In this document: positions 1-9,975 of the stretch, in pieces
Layout of the letters: each line of letters begins with the position of its first letter
How positions within the stretch are numbered: position 1 is the first letter of the stretch
Virus record (IMG/VR): IMGVR_UViG_3300042482_000679
Source: a virus
DNA length: 64,000 bases
Direction: 5' to 3' (one strand)
The notes under the pieces: generated by a model
Databases searched by the model: none
What the model was told of the DNA's origin: nothing
Seen by the model: only the letters and a program-made list of their open reading frames with translations
Made by a program: the position numbers and the translations under genes

Positions 1-2
1 AA

Positions 3-434
3 AATCATCTTAGAATTTGTTTTGCCAAAGCCAAAGGTGCCGATGAAAATACCGAAGGTTTTAATAGAAACAAAGAACTTCAAAACCAAACACAAATCAC
101 TTACAAACAATTAAAAAGAATTAAAAACTTTTTTGATAATTTTAAGGGTAATGACACCGATTTATCTTGGATTTTAAATGGTGAGGGTGTTATGAAATCT
201 TGGGTTGATAACTCGTTAAATCAAATGAGGAACAACTCACATCAAAAAAATCAAGAAGATACTAAACCTGATGATTCAAAGGTGACACATAGTGATTTAA
301 AAACTAATATGTCCGACTATATGAGACCATCTAAACAACACAAAACAACTTCCAAAAAACACTCAACATCTGTTTTTGAATCTAAAGTTGTTGATAACCT
401 TAAAAGGATAAACGAAATAATGTCAAAATTATAA
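3..434 (+). CDS. Hypothetical protein, 5'-truncated by the window edge
   Basis: The frame of the 192..434 ORF is open back to position 3 (NHLRICFAKAKG...), so the true start is probably upstream of the window. Confidence 0.7.
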   Translation, partial: NHLRICFAKAKGADENTEGFNRNKELQNQTQITYKQLKRIKNFFDNFKGNDTDLSWILNGEGVMKSWVDNSLNQMRNNSHQKNQEDTKPDDSKVTHSDLKTNMSDYMRPSKQHKTTSKKHSTSVFESKVVDNLKRINEIMSKL

Positions 435-437
435 TTT

Positions 438-737
438 ATGTCAAGCTCAAGTCCATATAACATTGATTTAAGTCAAACAGAATCAAATCAATTAACAGCA
501 ATTGCAGACGCTGAAAGAAAAAAATTAATAACTCGTAATGATTTTGCACAAAGTGTTGATGAGTATGGTGTGACCAATTCTCAAGCACTTGCAGATGGTG
601 ATGAAATGGGTCGTGGTACTGGTGTATTCTTAGATGTGTACAATGATACTGCGGGTACCAGCACCGATATTTTTGAAAGAAAAAACGAGATTAAAATTAA
701 CAAATACGATAAATTTAAAACATACCCTAATTTCTAA
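438..737 (+). CDS. Hypothetical phage protein
   Basis: 99 aa ORF, tightly packed, TAATG junction with the next gene. Confidence 0.7.
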   Translation: MSSSSPYNIDLSQTESNQLTAIADAERKKLITRNDFAQSVDEYGVTNSQALADGDEMGRGTGVFLDVYNDTAGTSTDIFERKNEIKINKYDKFKTYPNF

Positions 738-1117
738 TGAAATTATTGTCCACTTTTAAGGGATTGCTGAATGAGGTTGCGTCACTAGACTCAATCCAAA
801 ATGCAATTCGCAATAAACAAAAAGTGGTAATTTACTACGATGGTGACGAACCAGGTGGTAAAGGTTTGAGGGTTATCGAACCCGTATGTTTAGGTAGGAG
901 TAAAAGAAATAATTTAGTTTTAAGGGCTTGGGACGATGAAGGAGCTTCGCATAGAGGTTACTTAGGTACAAGACCTATGCCGGGATGGAGACTATTTAAA
1001 GTCGATAAAATCGTATCTTTCAAACCAACAGGAGAAAATTTTGAAACTGCAAGACCAAATTACAATCCAAATGGTGACAAAAGTATGATTTCGATTATTA
1101 TTAATGCAATATTTTAA
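737..1117 (+). CDS. Stand-alone WYL-domain protein
   Basis: IQNAIRNKQKVVIYY...RVIEPVCLG...LVLRAW...WRLFKVDKI matches the WYL pattern; no HTH domain. Confidence 0.75.
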   Translation: MKLLSTFKGLLNEVASLDSIQNAIRNKQKVVIYYDGDEPGGKGLRVIEPVCLGRSKRNNLVLRAWDDEGASHRGYLGTRPMPGWRLFKVDKIVSFKPTGENFETARPNYNPNGDKSMISIIINAIF

Positions 1118-1119
1118 TT

Positions 1120-1689
1120 ATGGACATAGAAAAGTTAATGATGGCAAAGGCCATTATGGATAGAACCAAACAAATGGACTCGGGAGAGGTTGCTAAACCA
1201 CAACAAAGAATGCAACTAGAAAATTTTGATGCTCCACAAGCCAAATACAATTTACCAAGTGATTTAATGGAAGGTATTGGTCAACCACAAATGAACATAC
1301 CTACCAAACAAAATAATGGTATGGGTTTTAGTAAACCATCGGTAGATGCAATTAAGAAATCTAAGTTACCAGATGAGATTAAAAGATTAATGATTGAACA
1401 CCCAATCGACAATCCAAATACAATGTCGGGTCCAACATTATCTGATGACTTAATTGAAAAGGCATCAAGACTTATGGGCACTAAACCACAAGTTAACGAA
1501 CAATCACAACCTCAAACCGTATCAAGTAATTCAGATATTAAAAAAATGGTAAAAGAAGCGGTACGTGAAATTTTGTCTGAAAGTGGTTTAATTACTGAAT
1601 CTACAGAAAAGTCGAATGATGTTTTTACATTTAGAGTTGGTAAACACCTTTTTGAAGGTAAGCTGACCAAAATTAAAAAAATGAGATAG
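1120..1689 (+). CDS. Hypothetical protein (possible head/internal protein)
   Basis: 189 aa ORF; C-terminal ILSE and ITE motifs. Confidence 0.65.
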   Translation: MDIEKLMMAKAIMDRTKQMDSGEVAKPQQRMQLENFDAPQAKYNLPSDLMEGIGQPQMNIPTKQNNGMGFSKPSVDAIKKSKLPDEIKRLMIEHPIDNPNTMSGPTLSDDLIEKASRLMGTKPQVNEQSQPQTVSSNSDIKKMVKEAVREILSESGLITESTEKSNDVFTFRVGKHLFEGKLTKIKKMR

Positions 1690-1743
1690 TCCTTTCTTAT
1701 TATGATTTGAATTCGTATATTTTAGTTTAAAGTATACGATATT

Positions 1744-2961
1744 ATGTCAAAAATTAATGTTTTATGTGTCCCATCTGACCGTTCAGGTGTTGGCAAATTC
1801 AGGTCGTTAGACCCCCACATTTTTCTTCAAAATCAATATCCCGAGGATTTTTTTGTTGAGATTGATTACAATCCACCTATGAATGATTTGAATTTCTATA
1901 AGAAATTCCAAATTGTACATTTCCATAGAAGTATCACAGGAGACTTTGATGCATCTAAAAAGTTAGTTGAGGAACTAAATAAAATGGGTGTTATCACAAT
2001 TTGTGATATCGATGACTATTGGATGCCAAGCAAAGACCACCCAATTCACGATGTTATTATGTATAATAAAATCAATGAAAGAATTGTTGAAAGTCTTAAA
2101 GGGGCACAATACGTAACAACAACCACCACTTTATTCGCAGATGAAATTAAAAAGATTAATAAAAATGTGTTTGTATTACCAAACGCAGTTAATCCCGAAG
2201 AACCACAATTCAAAGAAGTAACACCCGAATCTGATAGACTCAGAATTGGTTGGTTAGGTGGTTCATCACATATGGGTGATTTGAAGTTGTTAGACAACTC
2301 ATTTAATAAATTACTCCAATTCAAAGATAAAGTTCAATATGTTCTTTGTGGGTTTGACACAAGAGGTACGATTACTGAAATTAACGGTCAAACAGGTGAA
2401 CAGAAGAAAAGACAAATTCTTCCTCACGAAACTGTGTGGGCTAGATACGAAGAAATCTTTACACAAAACTATAAAGTTGTTTCAGAAGATTTTAAAAATC
2501 ATTTGATGAAGTTTGAACAAGGTGAAAAACCTGAGTTTTTAGGGGAGGGTTACCGTCGTGTTTGGACACTTCCTGTTACATCATATGCTAAAAATTATTC
2601 TAAGATGGACGTTTCATTGGCCCCAATCAAAAACCATATGTTTAACAGAATGAAGTCTCAACTTAAAGTTATTGAGGCGGGATTCTATAAAAAAGCTGTT
2701 GTGGCGTCTGATTTGGGTCCCTACACACTTGATTTGACACACTCATTAGACAAACACGGTAAGTTTACAGATGGTAACGCGCTACTAGTTAGTGAATACT
2801 CAAACGCTCACGATTGGGCTAAATATTTGGAGAAATTAATCAAAAACCGTAATTTTGCTACTGACTTGGGTGAGAGATTGTATGAGTCTGTTAAAGACAA
2901 ATATGATTTGAAAAATGTCACTAAAGACCGAGCAGAATTGTACAAAAGTTTAATTAAATAA
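1744..2961 (+). CDS. Glycosyltransferase, GT-B fold (GT4-like)
   Basis: DIDDYW, VLPNAV, RIGWLGGSSH, and APIKNHMFNRMKSQLKVIEAG...ASDLGPY motifs. Confidence 0.85.
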   Translation: MSKINVLCVPSDRSGVGKFRSLDPHIFLQNQYPEDFFVEIDYNPPMNDLNFYKKFQIVHFHRSITGDFDASKKLVEELNKMGVITICDIDDYWMPSKDHPIHDVIMYNKINERIVESLKGAQYVTTTTTLFADEIKKINKNVFVLPNAVNPEEPQFKEVTPESDRLRIGWLGGSSHMGDLKLLDNSFNKLLQFKDKVQYVLCGFDTRGTITEINGQTGEQKKRQILPHETVWARYEEIFTQNYKVVSEDFKNHLMKFEQGEKPEFLGEGYRRVWTLPVTSYAKNYSKMDVSLAPIKNHMFNRMKSQLKVIEAGFYKKAVVASDLGPYTLDLTHSLDKHGKFTDGNALLVSEYSNAHDWAKYLEKLIKNRNFATDLGERLYESVKDKYDLKNVTKDRAELYKSLIK

Positions 2962-2962
2962 T

Positions 2963-3682
2963 ATGATTAAGATTCCATTACCTAAAATTCTTTTTCTTGA
3001 CATTGAGACTGTCGGACTAACAAAAGACTATGACCATTGCAAAAAGGAATACCCAAAAATTGCCGAACAATTTGATAAGTATTTTGATTGGTTTTTGAAA
3101 AGGTTCCCTGAAGACCAACTGATTGGTAAAAACGAAGATGAACAAAAAAATCTTGTGTTTTCTTCACGAGCAGCTTTGGTTCCTGAATTTGCAAAGATTG
3201 TTTGTATCAGTGTTGCGTTTGTTATGGAAAATGGTGATATTAAGAAACAAACATTCCACAACGATAATGAACAACACTTGTTGGTGGATTGTCAAAAGTT
3301 ACTTGACCGTTGTGGTAGATTAGAATTTTGGTTGTGTGGACATAACCTTAAGAACTTTGATATTCCTATGATGGCAAAAAGAATGATTATCAACGGATTA
3401 ATGCCACCATCAATCTTACCGTCTTATGACACAAAACCTTGGGAGATTAGAGCGATTGACACCAAAGAAATTTGGCAATACGGTGCATACACAGCAATTG
3501 GTTCTTTGGACCTTATGTGTACCTGTATGGACGTTCCATCTCCTAAAGAAGGTGAGGTTACAGGGGCTAAGGTTCACGACGCGTATTGGAATAAAGGTAT
3601 GTTAAAAGAAATTGCCGAATATTGTGAAAGAGATGTTCAGGTATTAATTGATGTTGTTCAAAAATTAAAAGCACTTATATGA
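2963..3682 (+). CDS. PolB-related 3'-5' exonuclease (DnaQ-like)
   Basis: ExoI LFLDIET, ExoII GHNLKNFDIP, ExoIII YCERDV. Confidence 0.85.
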   Translation: MIKIPLPKILFLDIETVGLTKDYDHCKKEYPKIAEQFDKYFDWFLKRFPEDQLIGKNEDEQKNLVFSSRAALVPEFAKIVCISVAFVMENGDIKKQTFHNDNEQHLLVDCQKLLDRCGRLEFWLCGHNLKNFDIPMMAKRMIINGLMPPSILPSYDTKPWEIRAIDTKEIWQYGAYTAIGSLDLMCTCMDVPSPKEGEVTGAKVHDAYWNKGMLKEIAEYCERDVQVLIDVVQKLKALI

Positions 3683-4287
3683 TTGATTTTGAATCAGACC
3701 CAGAATTAAACGATGAGATTAAAAGACTCTTCGACGAAATTAAAAATTTTAAAGACGAGAATGATGATGAGGATTTGATGTCCGAAATTGAATCCCGTTT
3801 AGGTTTACCTTTTGACGAATTTGAAAAGTTATTAGGGGACGCCTTAACAAAAAAACCATTGTTCTATAAAAAACTACACGAAGATGCTGTAGACCCAAAG
3901 TACGCATATGAAACCGATTCAGGTTTTGATTTACACAGTGTAGAAGAAATCCATTTCTTACCATTTGAACGTAAGTTAGTTCCAACAGGATTATCATTTG
4001 ATATTCCTGAAGGTTTTGAAATTCAAGTAAGAACTAAAAGTGGGTTGGCAATTAAACAAGGACTTATGGTTTTGAATAGTCCTGGAACTGTAGACCAAGG
4101 ATACACAGGTGAGGTCAAAGTTATTCTAATGAATATGAATAATATGGCGGTTACCGTTGAAAAAGGACAGAAGGTTGCTCAAGGCGTTTTATGTCCTGTA
4201 GAATCAGGTAAAAAAGTTTCTTTGGTGGAAGATGAATTTGAGGATAAAGAACGTGGTTCAAATGGATTTGGTTCAACAGGAATTTAA
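3679..4287 (+). CDS. dut: dUTP pyrophosphatase with acidic N-terminal extension
   Basis: SGFDL, RTKSGLA, NSPGTVDQGYTGE, KVAQ, RGSNGFGSTG motifs. Confidence 0.95.
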   Translation: MIDFESDPELNDEIKRLFDEIKNFKDENDDEDLMSEIESRLGLPFDEFEKLLGDALTKKPLFYKKLHEDAVDPKYAYETDSGFDLHSVEEIHFLPFERKLVPTGLSFDIPEGFEIQVRTKSGLAIKQGLMVLNSPGTVDQGYTGEVKVILMNMNNMAVTVEKGQKVAQGVLCPVESGKKVSLVEDEFEDKERGSNGFGSTGI

Positions 4288-4297
4288 AAAATAAGAT

Positions 4298-5917
4298 ATG
4301 ATTACTATTGGATATTCTACCCGAGAAAGTAAACCTGAGTTTATTGAATACTTAAAAACCTCATCAGGTTATGCCAAAAATGTTAGGGTTATTGAGAAAG
4401 TTAATAATGGTGAAAAATCACTATCACAAGTTTATAATGAAATTTTAAATGAAAGTGAAACTGATATTGTAATCTTTTGTCACGATGATATCTATTTTGA
4501 TAGTACTGGATGGTATCATAAAATACTAAAACATTTTGAAAAAACAGATTACGGAATTTTAGGTGTTGCTGGTACCAAATTTATGAGTGAAAATGGTACT
4601 TGGTGGTCCGACAGAAGAAAGATGTATGGTGTTGTTAATCACGAAAGTGGGGGTAAAAAATGGGAATCAAAATACTCCACATCATTAGGAAACGGTATCG
4701 ATGATGTTGTTGTTCTTGACGGTGTTTTTTTAGTGGTTCATAAGAATAGAATTAATCATAACTTTGTCGAAGAATTTGAGGGATTTCACTTCTACGATAT
4801 TCCATTTTGTTTTGAGAACTTTTTAAGTGGTGTAAAACTTGGTGTTATGTATAACGTAAGAATTACTCACAAATCAGTTGGTATGACTAACGAACAATGG
4901 GAGATAAATCGAAAAAAATTCGAGGAAAAATACAATCAACATCTACCACAAAAATTGGCATTAGACCCTAAGACAAAATTAAAGATTTTGTTTACTTGTT
5001 TATCATTTAAAACATTGACAGGTTCTGAACTTTATGTATACCAATTAGCCAAGTCACTTAAGAAAATGGGACACGATGTTTCTGTTATGTCAGAAATTGG
5101 TGGTCCTTTAACTGATATGGCAAAAAAAGATGGTATCAAAGTTTATTCAATTAGAGAACCTTTGGGCTATAAATTAGGAGATGGAAAGTGGAGTTTTCAA
5201 AATGGTGAAATTTCACAACCAAATGTCCTATACCCTGTTGGAGAATTGATGGTAGATTTAATTCACACTCAACACAAACCAATCACAGAACATATTTGTA
5301 GACTTTATCCAAACATACCAAAAATATCCACAATACATTCTGAAGTAATTGATTTGGAAATTCCATATGTTCACGAATCTATTAAAAAATACATTGCAAT
5401 CAGACCTGAAATTAAAGATTATTTGATTACTGAACACTCAATCGACGAGGAAAAAATTAAAGTAATTTACAACCCAATTGATAATACAAAATTTAAATCA
5501 TCGACAACAAGTGAGGATTATGTTCTGTTTGTCGGTACTTTAGATTATTTGAGAAAAAATACAATTTTTGATTTAGTTGAGAAAACTAAAGAAAGGGGTT
5601 TGAAATTAGTGGTTGTTGGTGAAGATAAATCAATTTATTTAAACGAATTAAAAAGTCACTCTCACGTAGAATATTATCCTGCGACTTGGTCGGTTGAGAA
5701 ATATGTTTCAAAGTGTAAAGAAACTGCAGGTATTCAATTAGGGAGAACAACTATTGAAGGTTGGATTTCAGGTAAACCAGGTTGGATTTATAAAGTCGAT
5801 GCTCAAGGGAATATAATGGATATTGAGTATCACGAACCCCCAACTGATGTGGATAAATACTATTCGGAAAATGTTACTAAACAAGTAATTGATGAATATC
5901 TTTATTCGGTAGTTTAA
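4298..5917 (+). CDS. Two-domain glycosyltransferase (GT2-like N-terminus, GT4-like C-terminus)
   Basis: N-terminal IFCHDDI...LDGVFL...FHFYD; C-terminal TGSELYVYQLA...GHDV...IYNPID...GRTTIEG. Confidence 0.8.
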   Translation: MITIGYSTRESKPEFIEYLKTSSGYAKNVRVIEKVNNGEKSLSQVYNEILNESETDIVIFCHDDIYFDSTGWYHKILKHFEKTDYGILGVAGTKFMSENGTWWSDRRKMYGVVNHESGGKKWESKYSTSLGNGIDDVVVLDGVFLVVHKNRINHNFVEEFEGFHFYDIPFCFENFLSGVKLGVMYNVRITHKSVGMTNEQWEINRKKFEEKYNQHLPQKLALDPKTKLKILFTCLSFKTLTGSELYVYQLAKSLKKMGHDVSVMSEIGGPLTDMAKKDGIKVYSIREPLGYKLGDGKWSFQNGEISQPNVLYPVGELMVDLIHTQHKPITEHICRLYPNIPKISTIHSEVIDLEIPYVHESIKKYIAIRPEIKDYLITEHSIDEEKIKVIYNPIDNTKFKSSTTSEDYVLFVGTLDYLRKNTIFDLVEKTKERGLKLVVVGEDKSIYLNELKSHSHVEYYPATWSVEKYVSKCKETAGIQLGRTTIEGWISGKPGWIYKVDAQGNIMDIEYHEPPTDVDKYYSENVTKQVIDEYLYSVV

Positions 5918-5968
5918 AGTCCTTATTTATTTTTACTAAAAAATTATTATTTTAGTATAAAAATTAAT

Positions 5969-7945
5969 ATGATAGTTCTTACAACAACATATAATTGTGA
6001 AAATTTTGTAGAAAGGTCTTTACTGAGTATAATGAGTCAACGTTTTAAAAACTTTACTTGTTATATTACTGATGATATGTCTACCGACAATACAGTGTCA
6101 ATAATCAAAGAGACTATTAAGGGTGACGATAGATTTGTATTGATTGAAAATACAAAAAAGATGTATCAACCAGGAAATTACGACCAAGTAATCAGAGGTT
6201 TAAACATACCTGATGATGAGGTTTGTGTTGAAGTAGATGGTGATGATTGGTTACCTAATTCAAATGTATTAGGGTTTATTGACGATGTTTATAAAAACCC
6301 TGATATTTGGATGACAAGTGGTTCATTTAAGTATCACGATGGTAGACTTGGTTTTGCAAAAAAACCACATAATTTATTAGACATTAGAAAACAAACTTTT
6401 ACCCTAACGCATTTAAGAACTTGGAAATCTTGGTTATGGAAAAAAATTGAGCAGTCTGATTTAATGGATTCTAATGGCGAATATTGGTCGGTTGCTGGGG
6501 ATTTATCATTTATGTTTCCAATGGTTGAGATGTCAGGCGAAAAACACTTTAAGTTCATACCTGAAATTTTATACGTCTATAACGAATCAAACCCGTTAAA
6601 TGACCATAAAGTTAATATGTCAGTTGTGAATAATACAACGTCAATAATTAGGAATAAGAAACCATACAAAAGATTATCAGGTTCCGAATCAACAAACCCA
6701 CACGATTTAATTACAAATCAAAGATTTGATGTGATTGTTAAATATCTTTACGCACAATCTATAATTAAAAATTATCAGACAGATACGTACAAAAATTTAT
6801 ACAAAGAACATTTAATAAAATGGAATAATTGTTTTGAAATTTCAAACCCATCAAAAAATTCATTCGAGGTATTTGACAATACTTTTAAAGATATTATCAC
6901 TAATATAAGTGAGAATGGATTTGACCCACAAATATCAAAAATCCCTGTGGTGAATGATAAATATATTGTTAATGGTGCTCACAGATTGGCCGCGAGTTTA
7001 GCTTTAAATAAGAATGTTTTTACTGAAGAATCTACAAGTATTAAAGACGGTCAACTAATTTGTTCTTGGGAGGGTGAATTCAAAAAATTAAATTTAAGTG
7101 AAACTCTATGTGATAGAGTTGCTCTTGAATACGCAAAATTAAAAAATAACACTTATATTGTTAGCGTTTTTCCATCAACAGGAGGGAATATCGAAGTACC
7201 TCTTTCTATTCTAAAAAAATACGGTTCTGTATTTTATTACAAACAAATAAAATTAGAAAAGAACGGTCCTCTAAACTTTATGAGAGAGTTATATGCCGGT
7301 GAACAATGGGCTGGTAATCATCAAAACAATTACATTGGTTATAGACAGAAAGAAGGTTTGTGTTTTACACAAAACGCACCTGTAACAATCTTCTTAGTTG
7401 AATTTGATAGTGTTGAGCAGTCTGTAAGAGCTAAAGAAGAAATTAGGAATCGTTTTAATATAGGAAAACATTCTGTTCATATAAATGACACTCACGACCA
7501 AACTATCAGACTTTCACAATGTGTATTTAATCAGAACTCAATAAAATTTATGTGTGATAGTACCCCATCAGATTACAGAAAATTTGATGGTTTATTAAAT
7601 AGTTTTAAAAAATATATTGAGGATAATAATTTAGATATTGATGAATATGCGGTAACCGCAAGTTCAATACTATCAATCTATGGTCTTAGAGAAGGTAAAG
7701 ACTTAGATTATATCCACACAAAATCAGCACCGTTAATTAAAGTAAGTGATGATATACAATCTCATAATTCATATGGTATTGGTAGATATGAACTTAATTA
7801 TGATGAAATAATTCACAATCCAGTTAATCATTTCTATTCGAGAGGGGTCAAATTTGTTTCCCCAAAAATAATAAAAGATATGAAAGAAAAGAGGAACGAA
7901 CCGAAAGATATTAACGATATAAACCTATTAAATAGTATATTGTAA
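5969..7945 (+). CDS. GT2 glycosyltransferase fused to ParB/Srx-like and nucleotidyltransferase-like domains
   Basis: TTYNCE...DDMSTD...VDGDDWL (GT2); IVNGAHRLAA (ParB/Srx); SSILSIYGLREGKDLDY (Pol-beta-type NTase). Confidence 0.7.
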   Translation: MIVLTTTYNCENFVERSLLSIMSQRFKNFTCYITDDMSTDNTVSIIKETIKGDDRFVLIENTKKMYQPGNYDQVIRGLNIPDDEVCVEVDGDDWLPNSNVLGFIDDVYKNPDIWMTSGSFKYHDGRLGFAKKPHNLLDIRKQTFTLTHLRTWKSWLWKKIEQSDLMDSNGEYWSVAGDLSFMFPMVEMSGEKHFKFIPEILYVYNESNPLNDHKVNMSVVNNTTSIIRNKKPYKRLSGSESTNPHDLITNQRFDVIVKYLYAQSIIKNYQTDTYKNLYKEHLIKWNNCFEISNPSKNSFEVFDNTFKDIITNISENGFDPQISKIPVVNDKYIVNGAHRLAASLALNKNVFTEESTSIKDGQLICSWEGEFKKLNLSETLCDRVALEYAKLKNNTYIVSVFPSTGGNIEVPLSILKKYGSVFYYKQIKLEKNGPLNFMRELYAGEQWAGNHQNNYIGYRQKEGLCFTQNAPVTIFLVEFDSVEQSVRAKEEIRNRFNIGKHSVHINDTHDQTIRLSQCVFNQNSIKFMCDSTPSDYRKFDGLLNSFKKYIEDNNLDIDEYAVTASSILSIYGLREGKDLDYIHTKSAPLIKVSDDIQSHNSYGIGRYELNYDEIIHNPVNHFYSRGVKFVSPKIIKDMKEKRNEPKDINDINLLNSIL

Positions 7946-7948
7946 AAT

Positions 7949-8548
7949 ATGCCAATATCAGATAACCTAAAAACAATTTTTGTCCATATACCAAAAAACG
8001 CTGGTACTGCAATTACTAATAGTAAAATTGCAAGATTTTATATGGGTGGTCACGATTCGGCAAAAGAAATTAAAAATAAAGAACCTAAAAAATGGGACGA
8101 ATATTTCAAATTTGCCGTCATTAGAAATCCTTGGGATAGGGTCGTTTCCAATTATGAGTATGCTCGTATGGAAAAAAGTTATTGGCACCACGTAAGTGAC
8201 ACGAATGTTGGCGCGGCTCATTTCGATTACCATACATTGAAAGATAAAACATTTGAGGAGTGTGTTAATATGTTGTATGAAGACAGGTCGTCTTTAAAAC
8301 ATCAAGGTTGGGCACCTCAATATGTGTGGATATCTGATAATGAAAAAAATATTTTAGTTGATAAAGTTTTTTATCACGAAACTTTAGAAACTGATGAGGA
8401 GTTTAATAAGTTAATTCCTGATTTAGAAAAGGTAAACTTTAGTGATAGAAAAAGCAACAATTACAAAGATTATTATACTGAAGATTTGATACGTAAGGTG
8501 TCAGAGATTTATGAATATGATATAAATTTATTTAAATTCAAATACTAA
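7949..8548 (+). CDS. Sulfotransferase (Sulfotransfer_2 family)
   Basis: 5'-PSB loop FVHIPKNAGTAI and 3'-PB motif IRNPWDRVVSNY. Confidence 0.9.
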   Translation: MPISDNLKTIFVHIPKNAGTAITNSKIARFYMGGHDSAKEIKNKEPKKWDEYFKFAVIRNPWDRVVSNYEYARMEKSYWHHVSDTNVGAAHFDYHTLKDKTFEECVNMLYEDRSSLKHQGWAPQYVWISDNEKNILVDKVFYHETLETDEEFNKLIPDLEKVNFSDRKSNNYKDYYTEDLIRKVSEIYEYDINLFKFKY

Positions 8549-8551
8549 ATT

Positions 8552-9001
8552 ATGATTTATTGGTTTACAGGCCAGCCAGGCCACGGAAAAACGGTTTTAT
8601 CTAACCATTTAAAAGGTTATTTAGAATCAAATTACAAAAAAAATGTCATTCACATTGATGGTGATGACATTAGAGAAATCTTTCAGAATAAAGACTATTC
8701 AAGGGAAGGTAGAATTAAAAACATAACATTCGCACAAAACTTGGCACATTTTTGTAGTCACAAAGGATTTGACGTTGTTGTTAGTGTTGTTGCACCATAT
8801 AAAGAAGTTCGAGATTCTTTTAAGGAAAGAATGGGTGAAAATATGGTAGAATTATATGTACACACAACTGAGGAAAGAGGACGTGAAAATTACCACGTCG
8901 CAGATTACGAAGCACCAACTGAAAATTATGTTGATGTTGATACAACAGATGAATCACCAGAAGGTTCATTGGTTTACATTATTAATGAATTAGATATATG
9001 A
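8552..9001 (+). CDS. cysC: Adenylyl-sulfate (APS) kinase
   Basis: IYWFTGQPGHGKT P-loop, IDGDDIR, YSREGR..NI, VVAPY, YEAP. Confidence 0.9.
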   Translation: MIYWFTGQPGHGKTVLSNHLKGYLESNYKKNVIHIDGDDIREIFQNKDYSREGRIKNITFAQNLAHFCSHKGFDVVVSVVAPYKEVRDSFKERMGENMVELYVHTTEERGRENYHVADYEAPTENYVDVDTTDESPEGSLVYIINELDI

Positions 9002-9339
9002 AGAAATTTAACACCTATTTTTGTGACATAGATGGCACAATTTTTAAGTATAGAAAGTTTACTGATATACCAGTCACAAAACCTGAAGTAATAACATCAG
9101 TTGCTGAAAAATTAAATGAATGGTTTTATGAAGGTCATCATATTGTTTTAACTACCGCAAGACCTGAAAATTTGAGAAGCCACACTGAATTTGAATTAAA
9201 AGATAATAATATAAAATACAATCAATTGGTTATGGGTATCGAAAGAGGTCCAAGATATCTAATAAATGATATGGACCCTGATAAAGAAGGTGAAAGAGCA
9301 ATTGGTATAAACTTAAATAGAGATAAAGGATTTGAATAA
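8998..9339 (+). CDS. Small HAD-superfamily phosphatase (capsule-locus type)
   Basis: FCDIDGTI motif I, LTTAR motif II, YLIND. Confidence 0.8.
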   Translation: MKKFNTYFCDIDGTIFKYRKFTDIPVTKPEVITSVAEKLNEWFYEGHHIVLTTARPENLRSHTEFELKDNNIKYNQLVMGIERGPRYLINDMDPDKEGERAIGINLNRDKGFE

Positions 9340-9340
9340 A

Positions 9341-9745
9341 ATGGAAAATTGGACTAAAAAAATTCACGTAGGGTCGTCCTTACCCGCTAAAGATGGACAA
9401 TACGCAATGTTTGTTGGTAGATGGCAACCACTCCATCCTGGACACCAAGAACTTTTTAAACAAGCAATGGATGAAGGTAAGAATGTTTTAATTTGTATTA
9501 GAGACATTGCCCCTGACGAAAAAAATCCATTTGCTGCCGAAGAGGTTAGACAAAATATTATGGAACATTACTCAAATGAATGTGAGGAAGGAAAGGTAAA
9601 AGTTATGGTTATTCCAGATATCTGCTCAATAGAATTTGGAAGAGGAGTTGGTTACGATATTATTGAGCGTATACCACCACAGCAAATTGCAGATATTTCA
9701 GCAACTAAAATTCGTGAACAAATGAAAAAAGAAGGTAAATTATGA
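9341..9745 (+). CDS. HIGH-superfamily nucleotidyltransferase (cytidylyltransferase-like; candidate minimal ATP sulfurylase)
   Basis: GRWQPLHPGH (HxGH) and ISATKIR motifs; ATG at 9341 preferred over TTG at 9332. Confidence 0.75.
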   Translation: MENWTKKIHVGSSLPAKDGQYAMFVGRWQPLHPGHQELFKQAMDEGKNVLICIRDIAPDEKNPFAAEEVRQNIMEHYSNECEEGKVKVMVIPDICSIEFGRGVGYDIIERIPPQQIADISATKIREQMKKEGKL

Positions 9746-9975
9746 TTGATGTAAAAATTAGATACAATACGGTTTGTGATGATAATCACATGTATTGGAG
9801 AATTTTAATAAACGGTGTTGAACATACTTGTTCAAATATCTTAATAGAAACACCCATGCACACAACTATTGATACGGTGTATGACCCATCAAGAGAAAAA
9901 ATGGTAACAAAACACCATATCTCTTGTATGGCATCTGAAGTTATTTGGAAGGGTGATGTTGTAATTGTTAAGTAA
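9742..9975 (+). CDS. Hypothetical protein
   Basis: 77 aa, overlaps both neighbouring genes. Confidence 0.65.
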   Translation: MIDVKIRYNTVCDDNHMYWRILINGVEHTCSNILIETPMHTTIDTVYDPSREKMVTKHHISCMASEVIWKGDVVIVK

